Positions 27,448-39,769 of a stretch of 64,000 bases of DNA are shown here, piece by piece. The notes under the pieces were generated by a model that saw only the letters and a program-made list of their open reading frames with translations, was not told the origin of the DNA and did no database searches. The position numbers and the translations under genes are program-made. The DNA comes from Octopus sinensis (taxonomy: Eukaryota): positions 17,856,001 to 17,920,000 of the forward strand of contig NC_043022.1 in assembly GCF_006345805.1 (NCBI RefSeq). Direction: 5' to 3'. How positions within the stretch are numbered: position 1 is the stretch's first letter; the number at the start of each line of letters is the position of its first letter.

Positions 27448-28247
27448 ACTAGAATCTAGCAAGTAGTTAATTACAGACTTGGTAAACATCCCACTACCAT
27501 CGCCCCCTCCCTCTTTCTTCCCAGTCTGTTCCTCAACACCCCTCTATCCCCACCTCTTTTTTTTACTCCTGTTACCAGAGTTAAGGGGTAAAAGGGGGTA
27601 ACAGCAGATAGCAAGAGAGAAAACTAGGCTAAGTTTGATAAAACCAAATTTGAAATGAAAAACATTTCTGAGAAGACATTTCATGGGACAATAAATGAAG
27701 GGAGGGGATGGGGGGAGATGGATTTACAAGCCAGGCAGATGACCACAGCACTTCACACACACACACACACCATATTACACAGGGTCACTACAATATCTTT
27801 CACTTGTTTCAGTCATTAGATTGTGGTCATGCTGGAGCACCAACTTGAAGCCTTTTAGCTGAAAAAAATCGTCCCCAGCACTTATTTGTTTTGTTTTTTT
27901 TACTTATTCTATCAGTCCCTTTAGTCACACTGCTAAGTCATGAGGGCTGTAAACAAACCAACACTGGTTGTCAAGTGGTGGAGTGGTGGTGGGAGAGACA
28001 CACAAACACACACACATTCTTTTATTCATTTACTTTTTTCAATCATTTGATTGCGGCCATGCTAGAGCACCACTCTGATGGGTTTTAAGTGAATAAATTG
28101 ACCCCAGGACTTGCTTCTTTTAAAGCCTAGTACTTACTCTCTTGGTCCGTTTTGCCGAACTGCTAAGTTACAGGGGACATAAACAAGCAGGGGGGGACAA
28201 ACAGACAGAAGGACACACGTATACACAGGGTGGAGTGAATAAATGGT

Positions 28248-28890
28248 CATCTAAATTGCAGTCTGGGGAGTTAGGTGGCCAGATGTTAGGGGTGATGTGG
28301 TTGCAGAAATTGTCCGACAGCCATGACTGGGTTCTCCTGCTTGTGAGGCATGGCACAGAGTCCTGTTGCCAGACATAAGGTCATCCAGCAGCCACCCTCT
28401 TGACCAAGGAGAGCATTACCTCCTCCAGGTACTTGATGTAGGCCTCCATGTTGAGTCTGAGGCCATGTGGGAAGATGAATGGAGGTATAATGTCATCATC
28501 GCAAGTGATCACTCCAAACACCATGATGTTAACTGGATGTTTGATTTTTATCACCCTCAGTACATGTTTTAGGGACACAGCAAGCCAAAGGTTGTTCTGT
28601 GTTCTCATATCTGATCCTGGCAGAAATTGTTCTTGTTGGAGAAATACCAAAGCATGTTCAGTTGAAGGAGATGTTTGAGTTTGTTCAAAAGCTTTGTAGC
28701 ATGGTCTTTCCTCTTGTCCTTGATGGCTCGGGATAAAAATAGGCCCTTTCTCCTCTTGTATGAGGTATATCAAATGTCTTAATGCACTACCTGCCTGATA
28801 AGAAACTCAGGCACTCCCATGTCCCTGGTGATGAACCTGATTGACTTGGAGGGATCATTGTCAATCATGGCCTGGATCTCACCAACAAAG
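28248..28890 (-). pseudogene. Tc1/mariner superfamily transposase relic, DD37D (maT-type)
   Basis: HTH-like DPSKSIRFITRDMGV; MVFGVIT..IIPPFIFPHGLRLN; VAAG*PYVWQQDSVPCLTSRRTQSWLSDNFCNHITPNIWPPNSPDCN. The spacing fits DD37D if the conserved Pro of NPLD has been lost. Premature stops are present. Confidence 0.8.
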
Positions 28891-29297
28891 TATATAAAAT
28901 GGCAATAATTTACCCATTGCAACATATATATATATATATATATACAACAAGCTTCTTTCAGTTTCTGTCCACCAATCCACTCACAAGGCTTTGGTCACCC
29001 TGAGGCTATAGTAGAAGACACTTGCCCAAGGTGCTACACAGTGGGACTGAACCTAGAACTATCTGGTTGGGAAGCAAACTTCTTACCACACAGCCATGCC
29101 CGGCCAGAAATAGATTTTAAAAAAACTAATGATAATCTTCCAGAAACAAAGATTTCAGCCAGGTTGATGAAAGTCTCGGATGGAAGAATATTTAGAGCAG
29201 AAGGGACTGGACAAGTGACACCCGTGGACATCATTAGGTGAACTCAGATGGATAATGTGGGCAGGGAAGAATGCATGAAATTTTTTGCACACACACA

Positions 29298-29349
<52 letters not shown>

Positions 29350-30084
29350 TACATACATACATACATACATACATACATAGATAGATATACATACATACAT
29401 GTGTGTGTGTGCATGTGTGTAGGGATGGGTTAATGTTTGTTTATATAGCAATTCATATTTTAATATTTCACTTAGGCCTAGTGATACTAATAACCTGATG
29501 TTAGAACTCAAGATTCTTATGCTTCAAAATAAAGCATTAGCTGAGTGTAGAGCACTGGAAAAGAATTAAGTAAATGACAAAGGAATAGGAAATTATGTCA
29601 TGAAGAACATCATTAGCTTGTGGCTGTTTCTGCTGTGAGACAATGCAGCATTCCCAGTTGTGTGCTTGTGTATCACTGTAGAGCTTCATCAGAGCATCAG
29701 AAATGAAGTGCAGTTTTATTTGGGAAAGCACATATATGGAAAGCATTAAAAAAAAAATTGTAATGTCTAGGAAATAAAGTATAGAGATTGAAAGGTAAAA
29801 ATCCCTTCCAAACAAAAATAAGACTCAGATGAATTTTGTGTATATATGTGTATAGAGACTGGTATATGATGAACCATGAAGACAGCTACTTAGAAGCATA
29901 CATAAAATATAGACAGAATATGTTGCGAATGGAGACAGATAGAAAGTGACAGAATCCAAAATCTAGAGAGAGAATCAAGGTAACTTAGAGGATCACTAGA
30001 CGTACTCGCCATGACCCACCGGGTCACAACCACTCCAAGTCGTAAAGGTTGATGTACAGCAGGAAAAGAAAATAAGACTATTTT

Positions 30085-30445
30085 GAATTTCATACAATAA
30101 AATTCTTAAAAAATACAGATCTCCTGCCTTTGGTGTGACAACATAAACACAACCAAGTGTTACTTCTTTGGTTCAAATGGCCTTCAACTTTATTTCCTCA
30201 CTTTCTTCTTTGCTGTTCTTTGTTCCTACCAAATGAAATTCCTGGCTACTTGTGCATAAAGTACTTGTTTTTGCACAGTCATCGTTGGTGCACAATGAAA
30301 AGAATTCTGTCAATGTTGATTTCATATGTCATTCAGTGACAGCCATATATATTATATCCTCATAGTTTCTGAACAATATCCTTTGTTCACCTGGGAGATG
30401 AACTTGCAGCCTCACTATTGCAGGTGGTGACCACCAAACAGAAAA
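30085..30445 (-). pseudogene. Helitron RepHel fragment
   Basis: Minus translation gives PPAIVRLQVHLPGEQRILF, KSTLTEFFSLCTNDDCAK, VLYAQVARNFIW and TLGCVYVVTPKAGDLYFLRILL. These match, from memory, the conserved block between the Rep and helicase domains of Helitrons. Confidence 0.7.
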
Positions 30446-30487
30446 TCCTAAAATGAATGCAACTGCTTTGAATGGTCCAATTTAGGA

Positions 30488-30867
30488 GCACTCCGTCGGT
30501 TACGACGATGAGGGTCCCAGCTGATACGATCAACGGAACAGCTTGCTCGTGGAATTAACGTGCAAGTGGCTGAGCATTCCACAGACACGTGTACCCTTAA
30601 CGTAGTTCTCGAGGAGATTCAGCGTGACACAGAGTGTGACAAAGCTGGCCCTTTGAAATACAGGTACAACAGAAACAGGAAGAAAGAGTGAGAGAAAGTT
30701 GTGGTGAAAGAGTACAGCAGGATTCACCACCACCCCCTGCAGGAGCCTTGTGAAGCTTTAGGGTGTTTTCGCTCAATAAACACTCACAATGCCCGGTCTG
30801 GGAATCGAAACCGCAATCCTACGACCACGAGTCTGCTGCCCTAACCACTGGGCCATTGCGCCTCCAC
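30488..30867 (-). mobile_element. tRNA-derived SINE family C; others at ~8480-8792(-) and 62272-62558(-)
   Basis: Head gtggaggcgcaatggcccagtggttagggc with B box ggtttcgattccc. Confidence 0.85.
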
Positions 30868-31142
30868 GAATGGTCCAATAAACCTACAAATTAAACATTG
30901 ATTAATTTCGTTATCACAGCAGCTTAGTCGTTTCCTTTCATTTTATACTTGATGACATACTTAACTGACTTCATTGAGGCAACGATTTCCACAACATTGC
31001 AGTGGCATCATAGGGTACAACCCATATGTTGTTGTTGTTTATTTTTCCACTCTTATGAGATTCGACTCCTCCCATTGCAAAAGCGATAGTCTCCACTTGT
31101 TTTTCTGCCTTTTGATTAAGATGATAAAGATTAATATTTTAT

Positions 31143-31494
31143 GGAGATGTACTTGCATAGCAAGTAACCTGATCTGAGATCATATGCTGAAACAAGAACA
31201 ATTGCAGCATGAAAGGTGTTTATAAGCCATTTAAAAACCCACAAAAACCGTTAGATTCACTTCAACATTTAAATTTAATTTGTCGAAATATTTTTGTTGC
31301 TTTGAAACCGCAACCTGTTCACTGACAAAATTCTGTGCTGCATCAGAATTTTGCAGCATGGAATTTGGTCAGTGAACAGGTTGCGGTTTCAAAGCGACGA
31401 AAATATTTCGACAAATTAAATTTAAATGTTGAAGTGAATCTAACGGTTTTTGTGGGTTTTAAATGGCTTATAAACATCTTCCATGCTGCAGTTG
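31143..31494. repeat. Head-to-head inverted pair of a dispersed repeat; further copies at ~38020-38200 and, partially, ~25755-25820
   Basis: Arms 31200-31342 and 31352-31494 are near-complementary with a 9-nt spacer. The same sequence recurs as a single copy at 38020. Confidence 0.8.
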
Positions 31495-31828
31495 GTCAAT
31501 ATTTTATTTTAAATAAAATAGTAATTTTCCCCTTTGAGAAAAAAAAAAAAAAACAAGTACCCATGATTCATAAATTTCATAAAAATATAGGGAGAATTTC
31601 TGTCTTTCAATGGACAGCAGTGGACAACGGGACTCATTGAAGTGTTGACATTTTCAAGTTGATTTTTTTTTTCTTGAAGGAGGAAACAACTATTTTATTT
31701 GTAATCTTTATCGTCTTAATTAAATGACAGACAGACAGACAGATAAAACTGACTGACTTAAGGATTCTAACCTGTTTGATAAATGAACAGCTGAAAAACA
31801 AAGGTGGAGGAGGAGTCATATTACAGAT

Positions 31829-31859
<31 letters not shown>

Positions 31860-34792
31860 ACAGAGAGAAAGGGACAAATAAACACTGATATATATTTATG
31901 GACAGACATATAAGAAGACATTTAATTTTTACTAAAAACAATTGAGCATTAAAGTGAAGAATTAGTCAATCCTTTTTGTAGAGGGCATATCTATGAATTA
32001 TGCTTTTAGGAGAAGATGGGTAACGGGGACCTTGAAGTGTCAGACTGCTAACCTTTTTCAGTCCCACTGTGTGGTACCCTGGGTATGTGTCGTCTATTGT
32101 ACTCCCTAGCTGACCAAAACCCTGAGTGTAGAGTTGGTAGATGGAAACTGAAAGAAGCCCATATGTATATATAAATATACATATACACACACATACACAC
32201 ACATATATATACACAAATATACACACACACAAATTTATTTATGTATGTGTATTTGTGTCTCTTTGTCTATCTAATATTCAGCAAGAACATGTCTGGCCAT
32301 GGGGAAATGTTCCATTCATTGTAAGCAGGTGAGGGAGGGTTGGCAACAGGAAGGGCATCCAGCCTACGAAAACCTGTCTCAGTAACCTTCTGTCTGACTC
32401 ATGCAAGTTTGGAAAAGTGGGCATTAAACTGATGATGATGATGATGATACATATAGATCTGTTTGTGTCTCTCTGTAACTGCATAACAACCTGTGTTGGT
32501 TTATATACATCCCTGTAACTGGGTTCAATTCCTAGACCAGGCAGTGTATTGTGTTCTGGGGCAACACACTTCATTTCATGTTGCTTCAGTCCACTCAGCT
32601 GGCAAAAATGAGTAATCCTGCAACAGACTAGCATCCTATCCAAGGGGAATATACATGCCACAGAAACCAGGAAACCAGCCAAATGAGTCTATATTACTCA
32701 AGAAGGATCTTTATCTTGTATCCTAAATAGGTCTGAGGTGTATCAGAGGATATACTGCAAACAGGTGAAAACAAAATTGCATTGATGATGAGACACCTAA
32801 GAGAGACGAGCATCATCAAGACAAATGAGAAACACTTTGATCATAAAGGACCCCAAACTCCCTAATATTGGTGCAATGAAACCTCTGCCAGTTTGGGTAT
32901 AACCAAGTAGAAACTTGATTGCTAGCACAAATTTCCTATTCACAGTTGACTGGTTGCCTCAAAAATCAGAACTGAGCTCAACATGGATAAAAAGATGCAA
33001 CATGAGGAAAATGGACATTTTGCTAATCTGCAAAGAGAGGATAGAAATCAATGGAGAAAAAAAGAAAGAATCCAATCACTTTCTGCTGTCATGGTGAATC
33101 CTGACATTTCATATAAACAATGGCAACCAATGATGGATGGATGGATGGCATAGCCTATGGTGTGCTTGTGTAGGTCCAAAAATAGCCTGAAGACATTCCA
33201 GGGTGAAATTAAAAAAAAAAAACAAAAAACAAATACTGACCTGTTCTTCTTTGGACTATTTTTCCTAGCTTTAAAGATTTCCAAAGCTGGAAGTAAACGA
33301 AATCAAATTTTCTATTAATAACATGGACGTCATATATACACACATACAAAACTTGAGAGAAAAAGAAAACTACTTCTTCTACTGCAGTTGCTAATAACAA
33401 CAACAATTCTGGTATTTATTTTGAAAATTTAGTCTACCCCAAAGGAATTTGAACCTGGAATGACATCATTACTTTTACATGTGCTTTTCATGGTGGCATG
33501 GGTTGGAGAGGTTGTTACCGTGTGAGCCGCTTCTTCCTGGCAGCTGCTCTTCAACAGAATCATGCTTTGTTTCTGCAGCTGGATGTCCTTGCTACGGCAA
33601 CCCCATGCCACAGGGTGTGTTTGTGTGCGACACCAGGAAGATTGTCTCCACCAGGAAGAATGTCTCGGTAATCAATCAGTGTCAAAGGAATGTGGCTTAT
33701 TGGCTTTCATGGAGACACCAGCAGGGGAGGGGGGGTGCCTTGTGTTATACATAGGAAAGTACAGAGTATTCAGGGAGTTAAGAAAGGGGTGGAAAATGGA
33801 GGTGGGGAGAGAGTGATGCAAGTAGCAAAGACAGAAGGAGGGGGAGAAATAGGGGACAGAGAACAAGTGTGTAAATCCTGGAAGTAGCGAATAATTTAAG
33901 GCATGTACATTTGTTCAGGTGACCAAGGAAGAAGGATATGAGAAGAGAGAGAGTGATTAGATGAGAAGAACCAGGATGGCAAGGAGGAAGAAAGGGGCAG
34001 CAGTATGATGTAAGCAGATGGTTTGGGGTGGAGTTGAGGGGTGAGAGTGAAGGTGGGTAACAGCAGAGGTGGCCGCAAGGGTGGAGAGAGCAGTGGAAGG
34101 CAAAGAAGGTACACTAATGATAAGAAATTAGGCTCCAATATAAAAAGCAGAAAAGTGAAGTTGGAATGTGTTGTGGGTGAAAGTTGTGCTTTCACAGCAA
34201 CCTCACTTTGGTCACATCCCAATAATCTTATTGTTGCCAATAGAATTGAGAAAAGTCTAAGAAGCATAAATATCATAGGAATATTTTTATGATGTATATC
34301 TGGAATAAACAGACCAACCTGTATTTCTATATCTTCACACCTGACTCACTGACAATACAAAATGAATTAGAATTACAACTGAGAGACAAATGCGACGGAT
34401 CAATGTTTTACACGTGCAGAAGTTGCGTCCTTATAAATAAATGAAAGCAACAACTTATTGCGAGCGGAGCATTGGTTTTCAAACACAATTGAATTCTGCT
34501 TCAGCTGTTGTGTCTGTTTGCATGTGCGAGGTCAACAAGAGACTTGTTTACAACACTGATATGCAGACACACTGCAGAGTGAAGTGACCGACTTATCCTA
34601 TATACTCAATCATTTGTAGATGGGTGTGTCTGTCTGTCTGTTTGTCTATCTGTCTGCCTGCCTGTCGGTCTAGAGCAGTGCATACAATGTTTGATGCATC
34701 CATGTTGGGGAAATAAGAACCTGTGACCTGTCTAGGAGTATCAATGCTACACTGGAAGACACAAATACTGCTGCATTATCAAGACTATCTAT

Positions 34793-34834
<42 letters not shown>

Positions 34835-34837
<3 letters not shown>

Positions 34838-36066
34838 GGAGTGGCTGTGTGGGAAGAAGCTTGCTTCCCAGCCACATGGTTCCAGGTTCAGTCCCACTAT
34901 GTGGCACCTTGGGAAAGTGTCTTCTACTACAGCCTCAGGCCAACCAAAGCCTTGTGAGTGGATTTAGTAGATGGAAACTGCAAGAAGCCCATCGTATGTG
35001 TGTGTGTGTGTGTACATATATATGTGTGTGTCCTGCTGAGGACATGCGTAAGCTCGCAAGGAATGAAGCCAGTATGTTCCGATGGATGTATAATGTCAGT
35101 GTGCATACTCGACAGAGTGTAAGTACCTTGAGAGAAAAGCTGGACCTAAGAAGCATCAGATTTGGTGTGCAAGAGAGACGACTGCACTGGTATGGTCATG
35201 TGGCAAGAATGGATGAGGACAGCTGTGTGAAAAAGTGCCACACCATAGCGGTTAAGGGAACCTGTGGAAGAGGTAGACCCAGGAAAACCTGGGATGAAGT
35301 GGTGAAGCACGACCTTCGAACTTTAGGCAGCACCAAGGAAATGACTAGTGACCAAGACCTTTGGAAATATGCCATGCGTGAGAAGACCCGGCAAGCCAAA
35401 TGAACCCATAATCTCATGGCCTATGCCAGGAGCGTAACCAGCCCACTTATGCGTAACCTTTTCCTTCTTTGGACACTGAAACTCTGCTTGTGAAGACCTG
35501 TTGAGGCAAGTGAAATTAAATCAATCAAAATCAAATTCGATGACTGGCGTCCGTTGGCAGGATGCAAAGAGCACCATACAAGAGTGATCATTGACAGAGC
35601 GGCTAACCGGCTTCCGTACCAGTGGCACTTAAAGGGCACCATTGGAGCGTGATCGTTACCAAAGTCACCTTACTGGCACCTGTGCTGGTGGCATGTGTAA
35701 AAGTATTCGAGCAAGATCGTTGCCAGTACCGCCTGACTGGCCCCCGTGCCGGTGGCACGTAAAAAGCACCCACTACACTCTCGGAGTGGTTGGCGTTAGG
35801 AAGGGCATCCAGCTGTAGAAACTCTGCCAGATCAAGATTGGAGCCTGGTGCAACCATCTAGTTCGCCAGCCCTCAGTCAAAATCGTCCAACCCATGCTAG
35901 CATGGAAAGCGGACGTTAAACGATGATGATGTATGTATGTATGTATTTGTCTGTGTTTCTTCCCTACCCTTGCTTGACAATCGATGTTGGTGTTTTTACA
36001 CCCCCATAACTTAGTGGTTTGGCAAAATAGACCGATAGAATAAGTACTGGGTTTACAAAGAATAAG
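34835..36066 (+). mobile_element. SINE family A split by an RTE insertion (head 34835-35030, tail 35932-36066)
   Basis: The head stops in the (TG)n linker; the tail resumes after the LINE (GAT)n. Confidence 0.8.
35031..35931 (+). mobile_element. 5'-truncated RTE-clade LINE (ORF2 C-terminus, 3' UTR and (GAT)n tail)
   Basis: ORF ...RRLHWYGHVARMDEDSCVKKC...GRGRPRKTWDEVVKHDLRTLG...DQDLWKYAMREKTRQAK*; tail ccaacccatgctagcatggaaagcggacgttaaacgatgatgat. Confidence 0.9.
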
Positions 36067-36799
36067 CTACGAGATAAAAGTGTGATTAATTCAAAACAAT
36101 GTGGATAAACAAGGATTATATTCGACAGAGTAATCTGAAGGCTAAACAGTTAATTTAAGGAAAGATTTAATTCTCTGCTTTCACCTCAATCTTTAGAACC
36201 ACTTCCATTCCTCGTCATCATCTTCCAGCCACGGTCTCTCCCCCATCACTCCCAATGACCCCTCACATACCTACTTCCAATTGGTACTTACTAGACAGAA
36301 GAAATTCCTTTAACCCTGGGTCCAGCTGACAATCCCTGCCTCAACACAAGCCATCATTTTTGTTGCATGACATAATTCCAACAGCAATTCCTGCTAAATG
36401 CAAGGAACCTGATTGTCACAACAGCTCGCAAGCAGACATTCCAATTCCAAACACTTTCTCACAACCATTCAATTTTATTAGTAGACATATTGGAATCGGT
36501 TGTGATTCAACATTCACCTTTTGTTGACAGCCATACAAATAATAAGCCATTGTTATATCAAACAACGAATCCTTTGTTTGCAACACTGCTGACTCCTGTA
36601 TCTAGCCCCTCCCCTCGTTTAACTGGCAACATGCAACTTTATGAGGCACCCTTCACAGATACAACACTAACAGCAGCAACAGCATTAAAGAACAAACAAG
36701 TTGTTGACGTTTGTTGTTCTTCAGTGCTCCCACTCCTTCCAGTTCTGATCAAGTAGAATTGATCAAAAGCGTTCTTGGTATTATAACAAGAAGTTTCAC

Positions 36800-37300
36800 A
36801 GTGTAATGTTTGTTATGCTACACCTACGAACGAATTAAGTAGGGCATTTAAGAAAAATCCTGCACACAACTGGCCTCAAAATAAAACTTGTAGAAAAGAC
36901 AGGCAGGACTATCAAATCTGTATGAAATAAGTCACACCCATTTGATAAAATCACATGTTGGAATAATTGTGCAGCATGTTTTACAAAGCCACATGCAAAC
37001 TGCAAAAACAGATTAAGTGCCAAGAAGGGAACGCACGATTATCCCAGAGTTATGATTTGGTGAAACTTCTAGGAGCATCAATGATAGGCTCAAAGAACAC
37101 CTGGACAACTACATTGAAAAAAAAAACCCAAACTCCATCTTCTATCAGCATGCTGTAGACTGCCACAATGGCTCCTTAGAGAGACTTAGGTTAGACATCT
37201 TATCTACACATCCTGCTGATGCAATGCTGAGACAAATCACCAAAGCTGCTTGTATACAGGAATACAAACCCACCCTCAATGGGGTAACACCCAGATTCCA
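36800..37300 (+). pseudogene. Penelope-like retroelement GIY-YIG endonuclease relic
   Basis: Translates to ...KIKLVEKTGRTIKSV*NKSHPFDKITCWNNCAAC...GETSRSINDRLKEHLDNYIEKKNPNSIFYQHAVDCHNG...AMLRQITKAACIQEYKPTLNG. This is the typical PLE Cys linker, (YI)GET.R..RLKEH motif and C-terminal P.LN pattern, with stops and frameshifts. Confidence 0.75.
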
Positions 37301-38469
37301 CTGGGGAGTCTCCATATATAATCACCCCTTTCCTTCATTTACATGTAGAAATCAATACATACATGTTGAGATGCATGGTACTGAAATACATAAATGTAGT
37401 TATATATGATTGTATGAGTGTGCATAGATTAATATGTATGTATGTGTAGATGTGTATTTTAGCATGTGTGTGTATGTTGTGTGAGTGTGTGTACATGCAT
37501 GCACGTATGAGTATGTGTGTATATATGTATGTATATATGCACGTATATATGTATGTCTATGTAAAATACATGGGAAAAAAGTTTCTGAATTTTAACCATT
37601 GTCTGCAAAAATAGTGACATATATAAGTGTATACCATGGGTTCCCAAACTTTTATCATAGTGGGCCAGATATAGCTAAAAGAATGCCAAGGGTGGGCCAG
37701 ATAAATATTTTGTTCAATTAAGTACAACATAGAATACACAGAATGAACACAAACGATAAAGACAGTCAACCTATTTATTTAGCAATACATAAAATACGCA
37801 AAATAATAAACAGTCATGTATACAACTTGAACAGACACACATATCAGTACATAAACATACGTTCACATGTACATACACATATATACACATGCTGACATGT
37901 CTACATACTTACATACCTAAATACTCACATATGTACATACATACAACATACATACATGTGCAAGCATGCATATGCATGTACATAGATATATATCATGAAG
38001 TAACTGTTACTTTCTCAGATGCAGCATGGAATTTGGTCAGTGAACAGCTCACGGTTTCAAAGCGACGAAAATATTTTGACAAATTAAATTTAAATGTTGA
38101 AATGAATCTAACATTTTTGGTGTTTTTAAATGGCTTATAAACACCTTCCACGCTACAATTGTTTTTGTTTCAGCACATGGTCTCAGATCAAATGTAAGTA
38201 CATCTCTGTAAATCTTTATATTTTTTTCTGGCTATATGTATCTAGGAATACATTATTCACAACATCCTTTCTTTTTTTTTATTATTGTTTTGTAATTTGG
38301 CTGCAATTTCCAGCAACTTCAGTTACCATGTATATTATTATGCTCTGTTGGAATGGTTCTTCGCTTAGCAATAAATATTTCTGTTAATGTCGGGTCTGGG
38401 AATGAATTTCATGGTTCAAGGATTTTAAAGACAAAACTCATTCAATCAGAAAACCAAAAGAGAAATTGC

Positions 38470-38970
38470 ATACAACTGGAAATTAATTATTCCAACAGAA
38501 TGAAATCATGTGATATGGGACACCCATGACAAACAATTCTTGCTAGCTACAATCTACATGTGTGCTTTTATGCACCAAGTGCCTATATGAAAGGATCTCT
38601 CAAGGCTAATAATGAAGTATTTGATGTTCTAACAAGACATCCACGTTGAGTTGGATACAAAGATTGCCATTTGGTACTAATACTGCTTCTGTTGCTAAGA
38701 ATTAATTTTTAATAAGACTTCTGGCTATTCGCAATATCAGTGTCTGAAAAGATGCTGATGCAGTAGCTGGATGCCTCCCACTGATGATTTCCAGTAGAAT
38801 GAAATCACTTTTTATGGGAATTCCGGTGTCCATGGCAGCCTGTTCTCATCTGCTATGATCTATGTGTCTGCTTTCACCAAACACCAATGAGAGAAGATCT
38901 CTCGAGGCTAATGATGCAGTATTCAGAGTTCTAACATCAATATTAAGTTGGAGATTAAAGATTAACTAGA
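38470..38970 (+). repeat. Diverged ~299-bp tandem duplication carrying hammerhead-like motifs
   Basis: Matching blocks are offset by ~299 nt (gaatgaaatca..tatggga at 38498/38797; gatctctc.aggctaat at ~38594/38896). Confidence 0.65.
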
Positions 38971-39769
38971 ATGTTGTTGTTGTTGTCACTGTTGTTTAAA
39001 ATAAGGAAAGAATAAACAAGAAGAATCCAAGAAAGATTTTGTGCAATTGAAGAAGCTCAATTTTTTTTAGGTGTTTTTATATTTTTTTTAAGATATCGCA
39101 TTTTTAAAAATAATTTTGTATATATTTTTTCATTCATTGAAAATATTATTTACATATTTTTATATTTTTGGTTTATTTATTATTCAAAATTTCATTTAAT
39201 GCTGAACAAATAAATAGATTAACAAAATAAAACAATTAAAAGATATTTAAGAAAGAAAAAAAGAGCTTTCAGGTGCAATTTCCCTTGTTTCCTGTTTATA
39301 TTTTTTTCCATTTTGTTTAAAAAATTAAATTGATAAGAAATCACAGAGCAGGGAACTTTTTCTGTCAGCGGTGGTTTTGCCTTCCCTTTTAGGATATTTT
39401 ATTTTCTTGAAGTTAGTGAAAAGAGGGGGAACAGTGCCGACAACCTTTACATGCCTTCCCAGATTAGTTCAATAAGATGTGGCTAATGCTAAACCTAAAC
39501 ACTTGGAGGTCAATGTCCTAACAAGAAAAACTGAATGTAGAAAGTAAACAAAAAGGGGCCAACCCAAAATACTTAAACCTTTCACTCATTTATTTATTTT
39601 ATTGGGGTTCGTTACCATCACTATTATTTTTACACACACATTTCTTCCATGTTAGAATGAAACATTCTGAAGAAATATTCTGGGGTCAGGGGCCCTTCCT
39701 GACATTAACTTTATCTCTACTTTATTCCATGTCTTTGCTCATACGAAATAAAAAAAAAATTCATGGCAC

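Noticed and set aside
33896-34276. 126-aa ORF with a signal-peptide-like start
   Set aside because: Mostly a CT-rich low-complexity tract; no domain or splice support.
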